From contig NC_043017.1 in NCBI RefSeq assembly GCF_006345805.1, forward strand, positions 18,786,001 through 18,850,000: a stretch of DNA of 64,000 nt. Reading direction: 5' to 3'. Shown here one piece after another: positions 22,581 through 35,193 of this stretch. A model generated the notes under the pieces. It saw only the letters and a list, made by a program, of their open reading frames with translations. It ran no database searches and was not told where the DNA came from. The position numbers were made by a program, and so were the translations under genes. Positions within the stretch are counted from its first letter, which is position 1; the number at the start of each line of letters is the position of its first letter. This DNA comes from Octopus sinensis (lineage: Eukaryota).

Positions 22581-22969
22581 CTCCAGCACACCTTCCTACA
22601 TTACACTAACTCAGTGGAATCCGTAAGTGTTATATTTTTCACGGTTACATTTTTTCTTTTGTACTGATCGTATGTAATTAAATTTTATTATTTTATTCCA
22701 ACCATTAAACAAAATTATTATGTATGTTTAAAGACTGTTTGGGTGTGTTGGAGTCTCTGAACGAAAAACTATTTTCCCGATGTATTCTATTATTCATTTG
22801 TCATCGATTCATTCAACACGTTTATATTCATCTTTTTTTCTACGGCCACCCGTGATCAACAAAGATCAATGTAGTTACATTACAGTCTTCCTTCCAAGAA
22901 AAGAATGTTGAAAATAATTGTTGAAATATAATCACCAATGTCAGGGAAAAGCATGTTTCGAGGCAGCCA

Positions 22970-24170
22970 TAATAAAAGATTACCCTGTTTGGCGATGAGG
23001 ACGGTAATAACAAGGAGGAAGAGTTACTAAATCTACGTCCTTTAGAAGATAAAATATATGAAAGAGACCAGGATATATTTAAAGACTTACATTGAATCTA
23101 GAGAGAGTTAGTTATTCTGAGAGTTTATTATTATATATAATTCTGTTGATTCCCTCTTACTGTTTTATAAACACCTTTATCACAGGGTCAGAAGGTGATT
23201 GAATTAGAGATGATTGTTGCTAATTAACTGTGGAAAGAAATAGCTACAACATTCTTGATTATGTTAATGTGAAAGTACGAGTTAGTAGTCCTGTAAATTT
23301 TTAAACTATTGGCTCTTTCTCCTTACTAAAACTTTTTCAAAGCCTCTGATTCCGCGTAATATCAGGGCTGAGTAATTTAGTTCCGGGTACTATTTTGACA
23401 CAAGGAACTATATTACTATTGCACGCACTATAAGTAACTATTTAATGATGACACCGCTTTATCTTCATTAATGACACAAATCTTCGGATCAGGATTTCCT
23501 CCAAACTCTGGTTATTATTGTTGTGATTGTGGGGTAAATCATTTTAAAGTTAATACTTTAATAAGAAACAAACCTTAAAAAAAAAATTTGTACAGATACA
23601 TCTCTCACCCCTTATTTCTCTATTTCTGATAGAAATTGTCCACATTAACCCCAGTAGTTTTACCGTCCCTTGGGGGAAATATTGATATAAATGAAGGTTT
23701 ATTGTAAAATATAGAAGTTGTGTTAAAGCTGTCATTGTCCAGTCTGAGTTGTGACTATTTGAATCTATCGTGACATCTTCGTCATTGGCTCTATATTAAT
23801 ATGTAAGTTTTTTTTTTTTTAATAGAACATCTACATTATATAGGTCGTGTCTTTCTACTTCATCTGTTTGTTTTAATGTGTCCAAAGATAAAGGAAGGAA
23901 AGTGAAGAAGAGAAAGAATTTTCTTCAAGTAACGATGCTGTCTTAATCCCCATACGGGTTGGCTGTCACATATGTAATATAGTGAACTGAAAAACTTGCT
24001 TTAACTGACATTACCTATTGTTGTCTGAATACTTTGTTTTCCTTTCCACTCTGCATTCCAATTATCGTTATTCCCCCAATATCTTAATGTTAACTCAAAG
24101 AGAAAGTATTTCTTAAGGTGAATACACTGTTTAGTCACCATTTACCTTTATTTATAACATCGGGCCTACT
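22970..24170 (+). promoter_or_regulatory. Upstream cassette (extended A0 + A + B) of ZNF-C
   Basis: 22970-23280 aligns with 39150-39490; 23690-24170 aligns with the cassette core and part B. Confidence 0.55.
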
Positions 24171-24290
24171 TTCTTCTGTACAAGCCCCTTGTTGACACGG
24201 TATTGTAGATCAATGGCTTCGGTTTAAACGTTGACATTTTCTGTTTTTCGTTTATTTCCACAATATTTTTAAATAATTTATACTATTTCT

Positions 24291-24320
24291 CTTGTTTCAG
24301 AATATCGTATGACATGGCGA
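24291..24320 (+). promoter_or_regulatory. Splice acceptor of ZNF-C (AG ends 24300); uATG at 24309
   Basis: CTTGTTTCAG|AATATCGTATGACATGG. Confidence 0.65.
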
Positions 24321-24649
24321 CGAAAAGCGCACCACCACCACTCAAGCATCTATATCATCTTTTAACGACAAATTGAAATTGTGATGAAGAACAGATATAA
24401 GCCTCTTTTTTATTACTGGAGTAAGTAATTACTAATAACAGATTATCTGTAAGATTTTCCTACTTTACCGTACAAGATGATTTATATATTTTGATTAAAC
24501 TTACACTACATAGGAGTTTGTGGTAACTTCAAATCTCAACAAGGGTCACAGTTGAGTGAAATAATAGCAGAAGAAATATTTGTTAAGAATAAAATATAAA
24601 ACCAAAACTAACAGAACCATTTGAACATTGTGGTGAGGATCAGAAAATT

Positions 24650-25660
24650 ATGGAAAGGAAATTATATGAGAACAAGTCTGAAACCCAATCTAAACAGATT
24701 AGTTTCCCTGGTGACATAAATGAAGAGAGAGAAAAAACATATCAATGTGATATCTGTAAGAAGACATTCTCTGTAAAATATAACCTAACTAGTCACAAAC
24801 GTATTCATACAGGAGAAAAACCGCACAAGTGTGACATCTGTGGTATATCATTCTGTAGGAGTAATGATTTAACCAAACACATACGTATTCATACAGGGGA
24901 GAAGCCATATCACTGTGATATCTGTGGTAAATCATTCTCTAGGAGTGATCAGTTAACAACTCACAAACATATTCATTCAGGAAACAAACCATATCAGTGC
25001 AGCATCTGTGGTAAATCATTCTCCTTAAGTGGTCACTTAAATCTTCACATACGGATTCATACAGGAGAGAAGCCATACCATTGTGATGTCTGTGGTAAAT
25101 CATTCTCTAGGAATGATCAATTAACTATTCACAAACGTAATCATACTGGAAACAAACCATATCACTGCAGTATCTGTGGTAAATCATTCATTATAAGTAG
25201 TCACTTAAATCAACACATACTTATTCATACAGAAGAGAAACCGTATCATTGTGAAATTTGTGGTAAATCATTCTCTGATAGAAGACATTTAACAGTGCAC
25301 AAACGTTTTCACACAGGAGAGAAACCATATCACTGTGATATCTGTGATAAATCATTCTATGTAAATAGTGCCTTAACTGCACACAGGCGTATTCATACAG
25401 GAGAGAAACCATATCACTGTGAGATCTGTGGTAAATCATTCTCTGTAAATAGTGCCTTAACTACTCACAAACGTATTCATACTGGAGAGAAGCCATATCA
25501 GTGCAGTATCTGTGGTAAATCATTCTCTGATGGAAGACATTTAAGAGTACATACACGTGTTCATACAGGAGAGAAGCCATATCACTGCAATGTCTGTGGT
25601 AAATCATTCTCTCAAAAATCGAACTTAACCACTCATACCATTACTCATGCCAAACAGTAA
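24650..25660 (+). CDS. C2H2 zinc-finger protein ZNF-C, 336 aa, 11 fingers
   Basis: 11 canonical fingers; intact ORF. Confidence 0.95.
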   Translation: MERKLYENKSETQSKQISFPGDINEEREKTYQCDICKKTFSVKYNLTSHKRIHTGEKPHKCDICGISFCRSNDLTKHIRIHTGEKPYHCDICGKSFSRSDQLTTHKHIHSGNKPYQCSICGKSFSLSGHLNLHIRIHTGEKPYHCDVCGKSFSRNDQLTIHKRNHTGNKPYHCSICGKSFIISSHLNQHILIHTEEKPYHCEICGKSFSDRRHLTVHKRFHTGEKPYHCDICDKSFYVNSALTAHRRIHTGEKPYHCEICGKSFSVNSALTTHKRIHTGEKPYQCSICGKSFSDGRHLRVHTRVHTGEKPYHCNVCGKSFSQKSNLTTHTITHAKQ

Positions 25661-25961
25661 CTGTATCAATGTCAGAATTCACATTTTGTTAAATAAAGTA
25701 CAGTGTGGATATTAATTTTTGTTGATCAGTTATATTTTTTTTTCTTTTCTCTTATTTGTGTAATTACTAATCTTATTGAACTTTCACAATATGCGCAAAG
25801 TGTCGCTCACATGGTAAATATCAATATTTATAAATTTTTGGTGAGGATGCTTTCTCTTGTGGCTGGTAAAAGGCACAATTCAGTGTTTGTCATAAATTTT
25901 GTTTATAAATTTCAGTTTTTGTTATTCACAATATTTGAAAAATTATTAGGTACAGCAACAA

Positions 25962-26170
25962 TCATCATCATTTAATGTCTATTGTCCATGCTGGCATGGG
26001 CTGGACGGCTTAACCAGAGCTGAGGGGCTGCATCAGACTCCAGTCTGACTTGGCATGGTTTCTGCAGCTGGGTGCCCTTCCTAATGCCAACCACTCCGAG
26101 AGCATAATAGGTGCTTTTACGTGTCACTGGGACAGGTGCCAGTTTTGTAACACCGGTTTCTGCTATGACT
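25962..26170 (-). mobile_element. RTE-tail SINE
   Basis: ATCATCATCATTTAATGTCTATTGTCCATGCTGGCATGGG... is the reverse complement of the consensus. Confidence 0.75.
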
Positions 26171-26344
26171 AGAAAGATGAAATGTTTTCTACAAAGATGA
26201 AATGTTTTTACCAAGAACATCAAAATTCTGTGTATGAAGATGAGACACAACCCTAAATGTATTCCAGACATCAAAGATGTAACTGTGTAATAAGAATTTT
26301 GCAACACCATATTTTTAGCTACACTGATGTTGCTTCCAGTATTG

Positions 26345-26635
26345 TTTTTAGTGAAGTGGTGAGTTGGACAGAGCTGCTCTTCTTTGTGTCTCCTGCTGTA
26401 ATGTGAGTTCATCTGGTATCTCAAATTGAAACCTGTCCAGACATTCCTTGGAAACATCGACATCAACACCATGTAGATCTCTAAGGTTGCCTGGCGGGAT
26501 GTTGAACAATTGCAGGCCCTTGAAACCCAGACTACTGCAGTACTGTGTCCTTATTTTAGATGGCGAAGATGGGATCTTTGGTATGATGCAATGCTGTCCA
26601 GTTCGAGGATTGGCTTAGCTCCCAATTTTGGAATT
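26345..26635 (-). mobile_element. CR1/Crack-like LINE 3' end fragment
   Basis: Minus frame NPRTGQHCIIPKIP...GFKGLQLFNIPPGNLRDLHGVDVDVSKECLDRF...IPDE...RAALSNS. Confidence 0.65.
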
Positions 26636-26639
26636 GGGA

Positions 26640-27860
26640 GTTAAACCCTCCCAGGCTATTCGTATTCTAGTGATGACATTCTCTGAGCATCCACCTCCAC
26701 TACTAACTTGGTCACTTAGGTAGCAGAAACTATCAACTACTTCTAGTTTCTCCCCCTGGAGTGTGATGGAATCTGTTTTCTGAGTATCTGTGGTGTCTAT
26801 TGCCCCTGTGCATCTGCTGCACATGAAAGCTATCTTCTCAGTTAATTTTCCTTTAATGTTGCTGCACCTCTTATGCATCCATAGCTTACACTGGGTACAT
26901 CTTATGGAGTTTCTACCTACACCTTTTCTACAGATCGAGCAGGGCCACCTGCCCGAGGGTGTGTGTGATGAGTTCACCTTTCTGCTTACTGTAACTTTGG
27001 TCTTTGCTACATTTGATCCTAAACCTAGCTTCAACACCCGAAATTTCTTTTCTAGTTCTGCTATGAGGGCCAGGTCATCAGCATAGAGGAGCTCCCAGGG
27101 GCAACCTGTCTTGAATTCCTCTGTTATTGCCTGGAGGACTACGATGAATAGAAGGGGACTAAGGGCTGAACCTTGGCGGACCTGGAATTCTTCACTATAC
27201 TCGTTGCCAATCCTAACCTTACTAACGGCCTCTCTGTATAGGGCCTGTACAACCCTTATCAACCATTCGTCAATCTCCAGTTTCCACGTTGCCCACCAGA
27301 TAAGGGGTCGGGGAACCCTGTCAAAGGCTTTCTCCAGGTCCACAAAAGCTAAGTAGAGGGGTTTATCTTTAGCTAGGTATTTCTCCTGCAGTTGTTGAAC
27401 CAGGAATATGGCATCAGTGGTGCTTCTACCCGGAACAAAACCAAACTGCATCTCATCTAAGCAGACTCTCTCCCTAATTAGATGGACTATGACCCTCTCT
27501 GACCTTCATCACCTGATCCAGCAGTTTAATACCCCTGTAGTTATTCCTATCTAGAGCATCACCTTTACCTTTGTAGCAGTTAACTATGGTGCTGCTATGC
27601 CAGTCATTGGGTATGACTCTGTTATGTAGTACCTGGTTTACAATGCGGGTGACTAAGCCATAGCCCACACCACCAGATGCTTTAAGCATCTCAGCAGTGA
27701 TTCCTGATGGGCCAGGGGCTTTTCCTGCCTTCATACCCTTAATTGCTTTAACTACTAGGGAGCTGTCTATTTGGATAGCTGATCCCTCTACTGGGTCAAC
27801 ATTTGGAAGGCTCTCCTCCTCCCGTTCATTCTTCACATTCAGCAGTCTTTCATAATGGCT
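26640..27860 (-). mobile_element. RTE-clade LINE RT fragment (pseudogenised)
   Basis: GKAPGPSG, NYRGIKLL, QFGFVPGRSTTDAIF, AFVDLEKAFDRVPR, QGSALSPLLF, LLYADD; broken into two ORFs. Confidence 0.9.
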
Positions 27861-27960
27861 TCTCCAAGCCTCTTTCTTTTCTCTCTGTGTATATATATGT
27901 GTGTGTGTGTGTGTGTATATCGATGAATAAATAAATGGAGATGTTATTCAAATTCTTTTA

Positions 27961-28046
27961 CTTCTGACATGTTTCGAAGACAACATTGGTATTATTCCAG
28001 AAGGTATAAAATGGTATAAAACAATGCAATCTTCCCATCAGGGAAA
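27961..28046 (-). ncRNA. Putative minimal type I hammerhead ribozyme (one core substitution) in the terminal repeat of a Penelope-like element
   Basis: Minus strand: CTGATGG-GAAGA..CATTG(loop)CAATG..TCTTC-GAAAC-AT-GTC-AGAAG. Stem II closed by G-C; palindromic ACATGT at helix III. Confidence 0.6.
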
Positions 28047-28049
28047 GAA

Positions 28050-29010
28050 AGAATCCAAATGCACCAATAAGACATTCTAAGAGAATATGTTGATTGCATA
28101 TATGATGAAGGGAACACTATCAAGTTTTTTTTTAAAAACTGTTAGTAGATACCATGTCAAAGGTAGTTTATAGAAAGAGGAGGAGGAGAAAGAAAGAAAG
28201 AAATTAGCAGAAAACTAAATAGTGGAGAGAGATATAGAGCGATAGGTGAATTAGAATAAAGCTTAAAGGCATGGAAGTAGATATATTTAGTGGAAGTGAA
28301 ATGTAAGAAGACAGTCAAAGGTCGAAATCACTTCTAGAAACTACAGATATGCTTCTGCCAATATTTGCATCGATAAATGTGTTTACAAGGGGATTCTCTG
28401 AGAATAGGATGAAAAACATTTCACTACTACAAAGCAAGCAAAAAGGATTAACTTTTTTCATACGGTAAAGAAATAAAGAGAATATTCCATTCCAAATCAA
28501 ATTGTTTATTATGATCTTTTAGATACGAGATTAATTTACTCAGCTCAGTATTATTACGTTTATTGGTATGTCTAAATGTAGAGTAATGATTAGACATTTT
28601 GTTGGACAACTGAGATGAAGAACTACCTATATTAAAAAAAAATAATAATAACATCAGAACCGGAAGTAATTGTACATTGATAAATAGAGTTTCTTGTCTT
28701 AGAATTACTGCTATGAAAACGAATGCGATTGGAGTTGACTTCAGAAACAATAACCCCGCTGTTAATATTATTTAAAGAATGGTTAGTGTTAAAAAAATTA
28801 ATGTTAGTATTGTCATTAAGTGGATTTGTATTTAACAACTTATTATTATGCAAAGAGATGATTTGTGAAAGATTTTTTGTTAGAAAATCCTATCCTAAAT
28901 CGGCGTGAGTTTATAATCGAATAGTATCTTGAATTTCTTGGGAAATCCTTTTCTATAACTTCACAAAACTGATGAGGGAGGTTGAATTTGATCTGCTAAC
29001 CATATGGAAT
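28050..29010 (-). mobile_element. Penelope-like element, degenerate linker/GIY-YIG region
   Basis: Pieces: EKDFPRNSR...FRIGFS, HNNKLLN, RNSIYQCTITS, NIGSSSS...NHYSTFRHTNKRNNTELSKLISYLKD...EWNIL, CLLCSSEMFFIL. Confidence 0.75.
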
Positions 29011-29274
29011 TATTAATCAAACAGTTTTGCTAGGACATATCTTGTTATTAGGGTAATTATCTTTAAAAGTCATCGATGTACCTTTATAATGAAAATAAAA
29101 AAGGATCTTAACGGTTATCTCCCTTACACTGCAGAAATACATTACTCGATTTGGTATTGTTATTCGAAATAAAATTACAATTGTTAATATCGTTTCAACT
29201 TGATTTCATGTCCTGATTAATAGAGGTAGAATTAATGTCAATAGGGTTAATAAAGGTAATTAACAAAAATATAT

Positions 29275-29397
29275 ATAAAAATGTTAGCAGTGGAGGAAGA
29301 TGGTCTGATAAGCATAGTTGCTAGAATAAGAACAGGCTGGATAAAAATCAGGGAGCTGCTCCCTTTGACGGTAAGAAAGGGCCTTTCCCTCAGAGTG
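29275..29397 (+). mobile_element. RTE RT C-terminal fragment
   Basis: SIVARIRTGWIKIRELLPL...KGLSLRV. Confidence 0.6.
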
Positions 29398-29680
29398 CTG
29401 GCATGGGTTGGACAGTTTGACTGGGCTGGCACGCTGGGTGGTTGCACCAGACTCCGGTCTGATTTGGAATGGTCTTCTATGGCCGGATGCCCTTCCTAAC
29501 ACCAACAACTCCGAGAATGTAATGGGTGATTTTACGTGCCACTGGCACAGGTGCCAATTATAATGACATCGGTATCTGCCAAGACTGTGACTTTGCTTGG
29601 CTTGATGGGTCTTCTCAAACACAACGTAATGCCAAACATCTTGGTCGTTGACTCTGTGTGGTTCAACACTTGAGAGGAAC
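29398..29680 (-). mobile_element. RTE-tail SINE
   Basis: Reverse complement of the consensus (GGATGCCCTTCCTAACACCAAC). Confidence 0.7.
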
Positions 29681-30234
29681 TCAGCCGTTTTGCCTGTGGG
29701 GTCCAACATTCAAAAGATGTTCTTTATGTACCACCAGGGGTGCACTTGGCTTGATGAATGGAACCTGTGGAAGAGAGAGTCCAAGATAGACATAGGACGA
29801 AGGAACAAAGATTGATCTCAAGAAGGTGAACCTTACAAAGGATTGTGACATGTGGTGACATACTGTGCAGAAGATGAGCAACAAGTGATGTAGTATAGTA
29901 AGATCAGTGATGCTGACGTGACTGGAATATCTGGCAGTAAATAATAAGACTTGCGGAGAATATACTCAACATTCCACTTACATCAACTGAATTAGCAGCA
30001 GTGAAGATGTCCTTATGTCCATTAATTATAAACAGTTTGTATTTCTGACGTCTGGAAAGTATTAGCGGTATATTTAGAACAACATGACCAGAGTGAAACT
30101 TCATTACAAACTCAAACACTATTCTTAAGTGAAGGAGAACAGAGCTGCCATTAAGTTTGAAGAATATGGAAGGGAGACTTTATAATACCAACTGGTCTAT
30201 CACTGAGACTGTCTTCATATCTAACATAACAGTA

Positions 30235-30710
30235 GAGAGTCATTCATCCAGATGTGATTGCAATGTCTTGTATTAAATAGTAAGAATTTCCTGAGAATGT
30301 TACATCTACACAAGTAAATTAGCAGTAAAGTTTTTGTCCTTATGTCCATTAATTATAAATTGTGTTCCTGACATCTGGAAAGTATTACTGGTATATTTCC
30401 ATCAACAAGACCAAAGTCTTGTTTTGTTACCAAAGAAGCTACATTAACACTGCTCTCTACCATTTATGGGTGGTGGATAGCATATTTGGTATTAAGTTAC
30501 ATCCATATATGTTCTCGGTTCAAATCCCACTACATTGGTCTTTATCTTTGTTGTAGATTGAATCCATCCAGAACTTCCCCAAAATGTGTGGCCTTGAGCG
30601 AATGTTAGTAATTAATATTTATTAATTAATGCTTGTCATTTGTAATCCAACGATTTGCTAGAAATACTGGAATTCTTGATTTAATTGTTGGCATTATTTA
30701 GTTTTGTCCA
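30235..30710 (-). repeat. Copy of window positions 1-492 (degenerate LINE fragment)
   Basis: Collinear near-identity with 1-492. A third partial copy of one segment lies at ~30005-30075. Confidence 0.85.
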
Positions 30711-30959
30711 TCTACTTTGTGATTTCGATTCCTACCAGGGCCTGCTGATCCTTTTATTTACTTTGGAGTTAATGAAGTACCGGTAATGCCGTGGTTCGCT
30801 ATAATTATTTTCTTTAGACTGCCTCTCGCTTGGCTACCATCAACCTATTGGTTACATCACATCTTTACTACATAACCACCATCGTTAGCATTTAATGTAT
30901 AAAGTTATCTTATCATTCATCTCTCATTCACTTCATCATAACCTATAATATCTAATTGT

Positions 30960-31222
30960 TGTGTTCTTGAGCAAGGCACTTTATTTTCACGTTGCTCCAG
31001 TTCACTCAACTGTAGAAATGAGTTGCGACGTCACAGGTGCCAAGCTGTATCAGCCTTTGTCTTTCCCTTGGATAACACTGGTGGCGTGGAGAGGGGAGGC
31101 TGGTATGCATGGGCGACTGCTGGTCTTCCATAAACAACCTTGCCCGGACTTGTGTCTAGGAGGGTAACTTTCTAGGTGCAATCCCATGGTCATTCATGAC
31201 CGAAGGGGGTCTTTACCCCCTT
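30960..31222 (+). mobile_element. SINE family 3
   Basis: CTTGAGCAAGGCACTTTATTTTCACGTTGCTCCAGTTCACTCAACTG core; reverse fragments at 7968 and ~14090-14165. Confidence 0.6.
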
Positions 31223-32302
31223 TACTATCAAATAATGTCAACAAATTATATAAATACAAAGTAAGCATCTTTGAAGATCAGTTTGGAAAATGTGTAACTT
31301 TTATCAGACATTGATCAAGTCTGTGAATTCTGTAGTTTATGGTTGTGTCAGGACAAGTTTTGGTTAAATGTTCTACATTTAGAATAACAGGAGAATAATT
31401 GAAGAGCAACACCACATTTATTTCAATTTCAGGTAATTAAGAATATTTACAAAGAATGTCTTGTGTAACAGACATATCAAACCCATACCATCATGTAGAA
31501 TGGACAATAAAACACTGATGACTATGATGATGATTCACAAATTACGTCATTCATTTTGCATTTATATCAAGTTTAAGGTTACATTCATACTTGCAAATAA
31601 ACATTCAGTTTAACCCTCAAGTCATGAAGGAATCATACTAGAAATAAAAGAAATGATAAAACTGTAGAAATCAAAACCAACATCAGAATTGGTCCCTTGG
31701 TGGGATATATCCATAATAACATTTAAACCAGGATATATGTAAGATACATGAAACAATGTATAGAAGATGCAGAATACATAACATAGGGAGAGAAATGTCC
31801 AGAAGCTAAAGCTATCAGATTGTGAACCACACGGTTGGTAACATACAGAGCTAGAGAAGATACATGCATGGATGCTAGGAGGGCAAAATGGATGTTAATC
31901 TGTTGCCAGACATGGAGACTATGCTGTATATCTGTATTTTGGAATTTTGTTAAGTGTCCATTTACTGTCCCAGGTCACTGTGTAAAGTGATTGGTGTTAG
32001 AATGAATTGCCATCCATGATTACAGTGTCTAAATAAATGAGCAAGAAGGATCCTTGAAACATCTTCAGAGACTGTAAAATCAAATGTAGAAACAGTTGGA
32101 GTTTCAAAGAGTGCAGAATCCAAGGTAGCTTGGAAATGAGATATCAAATGATGATGATGGTGATGATGACACCAGTCTATGATTTCTAACATTTTAAGTG
32201 ATGTTATAACAAGATTGAAGAGAATATGTGTCTCAGTAATTTACTCATAATGTCAAATAAATAAAGTGTGTGCTTTCTCTCTTCTGGAAATAAATCAAAT
32301 GA

Positions 32303-32435
32303 GGAAGGGCATCCAGCTGTAGAAACACTGCCAGATCAGACTGGGCCTTGTGCAGCCTTCTGGCTTCCCAGACCCCACCCGAACCGTCCAACCTATGCTA
32401 GCATGGAAAGCGGACGTTAAACGATGATGATGATA
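32303..32435 (+). mobile_element. RTE-tail SINE 3' part
   Basis: Consensus match with (GAT)n tail. Confidence 0.8.
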
Positions 32436-32826
32436 TATATATGTATATCTGGAGAAAGAAAGCTTTATTAAACATATCACAGAGGAAAGTTACCTCACAC
32501 TAAAGATATATTTATGTAACTATACAAAATATAATGTGATAGCTTCTTGGAAAGGAGAATATATTTTTGGTTGTATCATGCGTAATTTTTTATTCAGTGA
32601 ATTTCGATGGTTTTGATAAACACAATGCAGTAAATGTGTTGTTTCCAAGTTTTGATGAGTAAATTTGTCTTTTCTTGTTTGTTTCTACAGTAAGTTTTCT
32701 GAATATTAGGAAGTCTTCAGAAAATTATTCACTGAAGAAACTGAAAAAGTGGGAAAAATTCATTTGATCATCATGAAAAAATATTCTACGGCATTTATCA
32801 CAAACTCTATTCTGATAATGAGCTTG

Positions 32827-34011
32827 TTACTGTGGTGTGTGAATACCTAAGTGTTTAGTTAAACAGCCTTTTTGAAAGAATGATTTTCCACATATGTCAC
32901 AGAGATATGGCTTCTCTCCTGTATGAGAAAGTTTATGAATAGTTAATTCACTATTTTGAAGAAATGATTTACTGCAGATATCACACTGAAATGGTTTCTC
33001 TCCTGTATGAATATGTTTGTGAGCAGTTAAGTGACTGTTTTGAGCAAAGAATTTTCCACAGACATCACAGTGATGTGGTTTATCTCCAGTATGAATACGT
33101 GTATGTGTAGTTAAGTGATGCTTCACAGAAAATGACTTACTACACACATCGCACTCATATGGTTTCTCTCCTGTGTGAATACGTTTATGTATAGTTAAGA
33201 AGCTAGGTGCAGGGAATGATTTACTACAGATATCACAGTGATACAACTTCTCTCTTGTATGAGAACGTCTGTGTCTATTTAAAATTGTTGGTGCAGGAAA
33301 CGATTTTCCACAGATGTCACAATGATATGGCCTCTCCTTTGTATGAATATGTTTGTGTGTAGCTAAGACAGAACAATCAGAAAATAATCTACCACAGATA
33401 TTACAGTGATATGGTTTTTCTCCCGTATGAATACGTTTGTGCCTGCTTAAATCATCATTTTTAGCAAATGGTTTATCACAGATGTCGCACTGATATGGTT
33501 TCTCACCCGTATGAATGCGTTTGTGATTAGCTAGGCTACTTTTTTGAGAGAATGATTTACCACAGATATCACAGTGATACGGCTTTTCTCCTGTATGAAT
33601 GTGTTTGTGAGCAGTTAAGTCACAATTCCGACGAAATGATTTACCACAGATATCACACTGATATGGTTTCTCTCCTGTATGAATGAGTTTGTGACTTATT
33701 AGATCGCCTTTTCGACAAAATGATTTATCACAGATATCACATTGATATGGTTTCTCTCCTGTATGAATGCGTATGTGAATAGTTAAGTTCTGATTTTGAT
33801 TAAATGATTTACCACAGATATCACACTGATATTTTTTCTCTCCTGTGTGAATGCGTCTGTGTGTAGTTAATGTATGTTTATGAGAGAATAATTTATTACA
33901 GATATCACAGTGGTATGTTTTTCCTTTCTTTTTCTGTATATCCTCAGGGAAATCAATAACTTGAGACTCTGTTTCACATTTAATCTTTTTCTCACACAAT
34001 TTGTCTTCCAT
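32827..34011 (-). CDS. C2H2 zinc-finger protein ZNF-D, 394 aa from first ATG (34011), 13 fingers
   Basis: 13 fingers. Track start 34137 is TTG; acceptor and uORF MTLP* at 34371 to 34357. Confidence 0.93.
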   Translation of the reverse strand: MEDKLCEKKIKCETESQVIDFPEDIQKKKGKTYHCDICNKLFSHKHTLTTHRRIHTGEKKYQCDICGKSFNQNQNLTIHIRIHTGEKPYQCDICDKSFCRKGDLISHKLIHTGEKPYQCDICGKSFRRNCDLTAHKHIHTGEKPYHCDICGKSFSQKSSLANHKRIHTGEKPYQCDICDKPFAKNDDLSRHKRIHTGEKPYHCNICGRLFSDCSVLATHKHIHTKERPYHCDICGKSFPAPTILNRHRRSHTREKLYHCDICSKSFPAPSFLTIHKRIHTGEKPYECDVCSKSFSVKHHLTTHTRIHTGDKPHHCDVCGKFFAQNSHLTAHKHIHTGEKPFQCDICSKSFLQNSELTIHKLSHTGEKPYLCDICGKSFFQKGCLTKHLGIHTPQ

Positions 34012-35193
34012 TCTTGTTTCTCTCTCGCCACAATAAATATAAAAGTTCTTCTTCACTTTATTTTTATATTTTATTCCAATTTCTTCGGATATATTTCTAT
34101 CAACTGTGATTTTTGTCAATATTCGAAGATGCTGCAAATTCCTTTGTAATTCAGCTTCAATTTCAATATCAGATCATTATAATACAAATTCCAGTCTGTG
34201 AATTTGAGAGCATTTTGTATTAAAATTCTGTTCAGAGCCAATATTTCACAGTAATTCTACCACAGATTTAGATAATAAATGGTTATATCTGTTCTGTATG
34301 ATCTGTTTGGCTTTAAAAGATGATAAATATTGATGGATCTCCGGTAAATATTTCTTTTATGGCAGTGTCATCTGATATTCTGAAACAAAAGAGAACCAAA
34401 TATAAAATATCAAGGATACTTAAACGAAAGACATTTTATTACATTCCTTCTAAATTGATAAACTGTAGATAGAAACTTTTACCAGGATAATGGAAGTCAT
34501 CCACCTGTTTTTTTTTTCTGCTAACAAAATATGCATCAATATCTTTAAACCAACATTCTATATTTAAACCAACATTCTATATTTTACCAACATTGAACAT
34601 CTCTAAAATGCTCTGTTGTCCAACACAGCAGTAAAACTGTTCTGACAAATACCGAGTGAGGACTTGATAATAACTCCTCTGAGATAAATATGAATACAAA
34701 AAGAGTTTATGATGGGTGTGGGTTAATGCATGCTTCTGTACATGCATATGTGTGTATATATATCATCACCATCATCACTTAACAGCTCTCTTTCATAGAA
34801 GCATGGTTTGGATGTCTTGACAGCAATTGGCGAATTGAACACGAACACCAAGATATAAATACACACATATAGGTGTGTATGTGTGGAGTGCATTGCACAA
34901 TGCATAAAGAATAACTAATGGGTGATTCCAACCAAGGACAAAAAAAGAATTTTGAAACCCACCATCTCAGATTTTCACACAATATAGTAAATGTGTAGTT
35001 TTCAATTTTTTGATGAGTGAATTTGTCTTTTCTTGTTTGTTTCTACACTAAGTTTTCTGAATATTAGGAAGTATTCAGAAAATTATTCACTGAAGAAACT
35101 GGAAAAGTGGGAAAAATTCATTTGATCATCATGAAAAAATAATCAACATCATGCACTGCATTTATCACCAACTCCATTCAGATAATGAGCTTG

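Noticed and set aside
29681-32200. Short ORFs 29681-29884, 29904-30119 and 31962-32192
   Set aside because: No recognisable motifs; they overlap degenerate repeat sequence.
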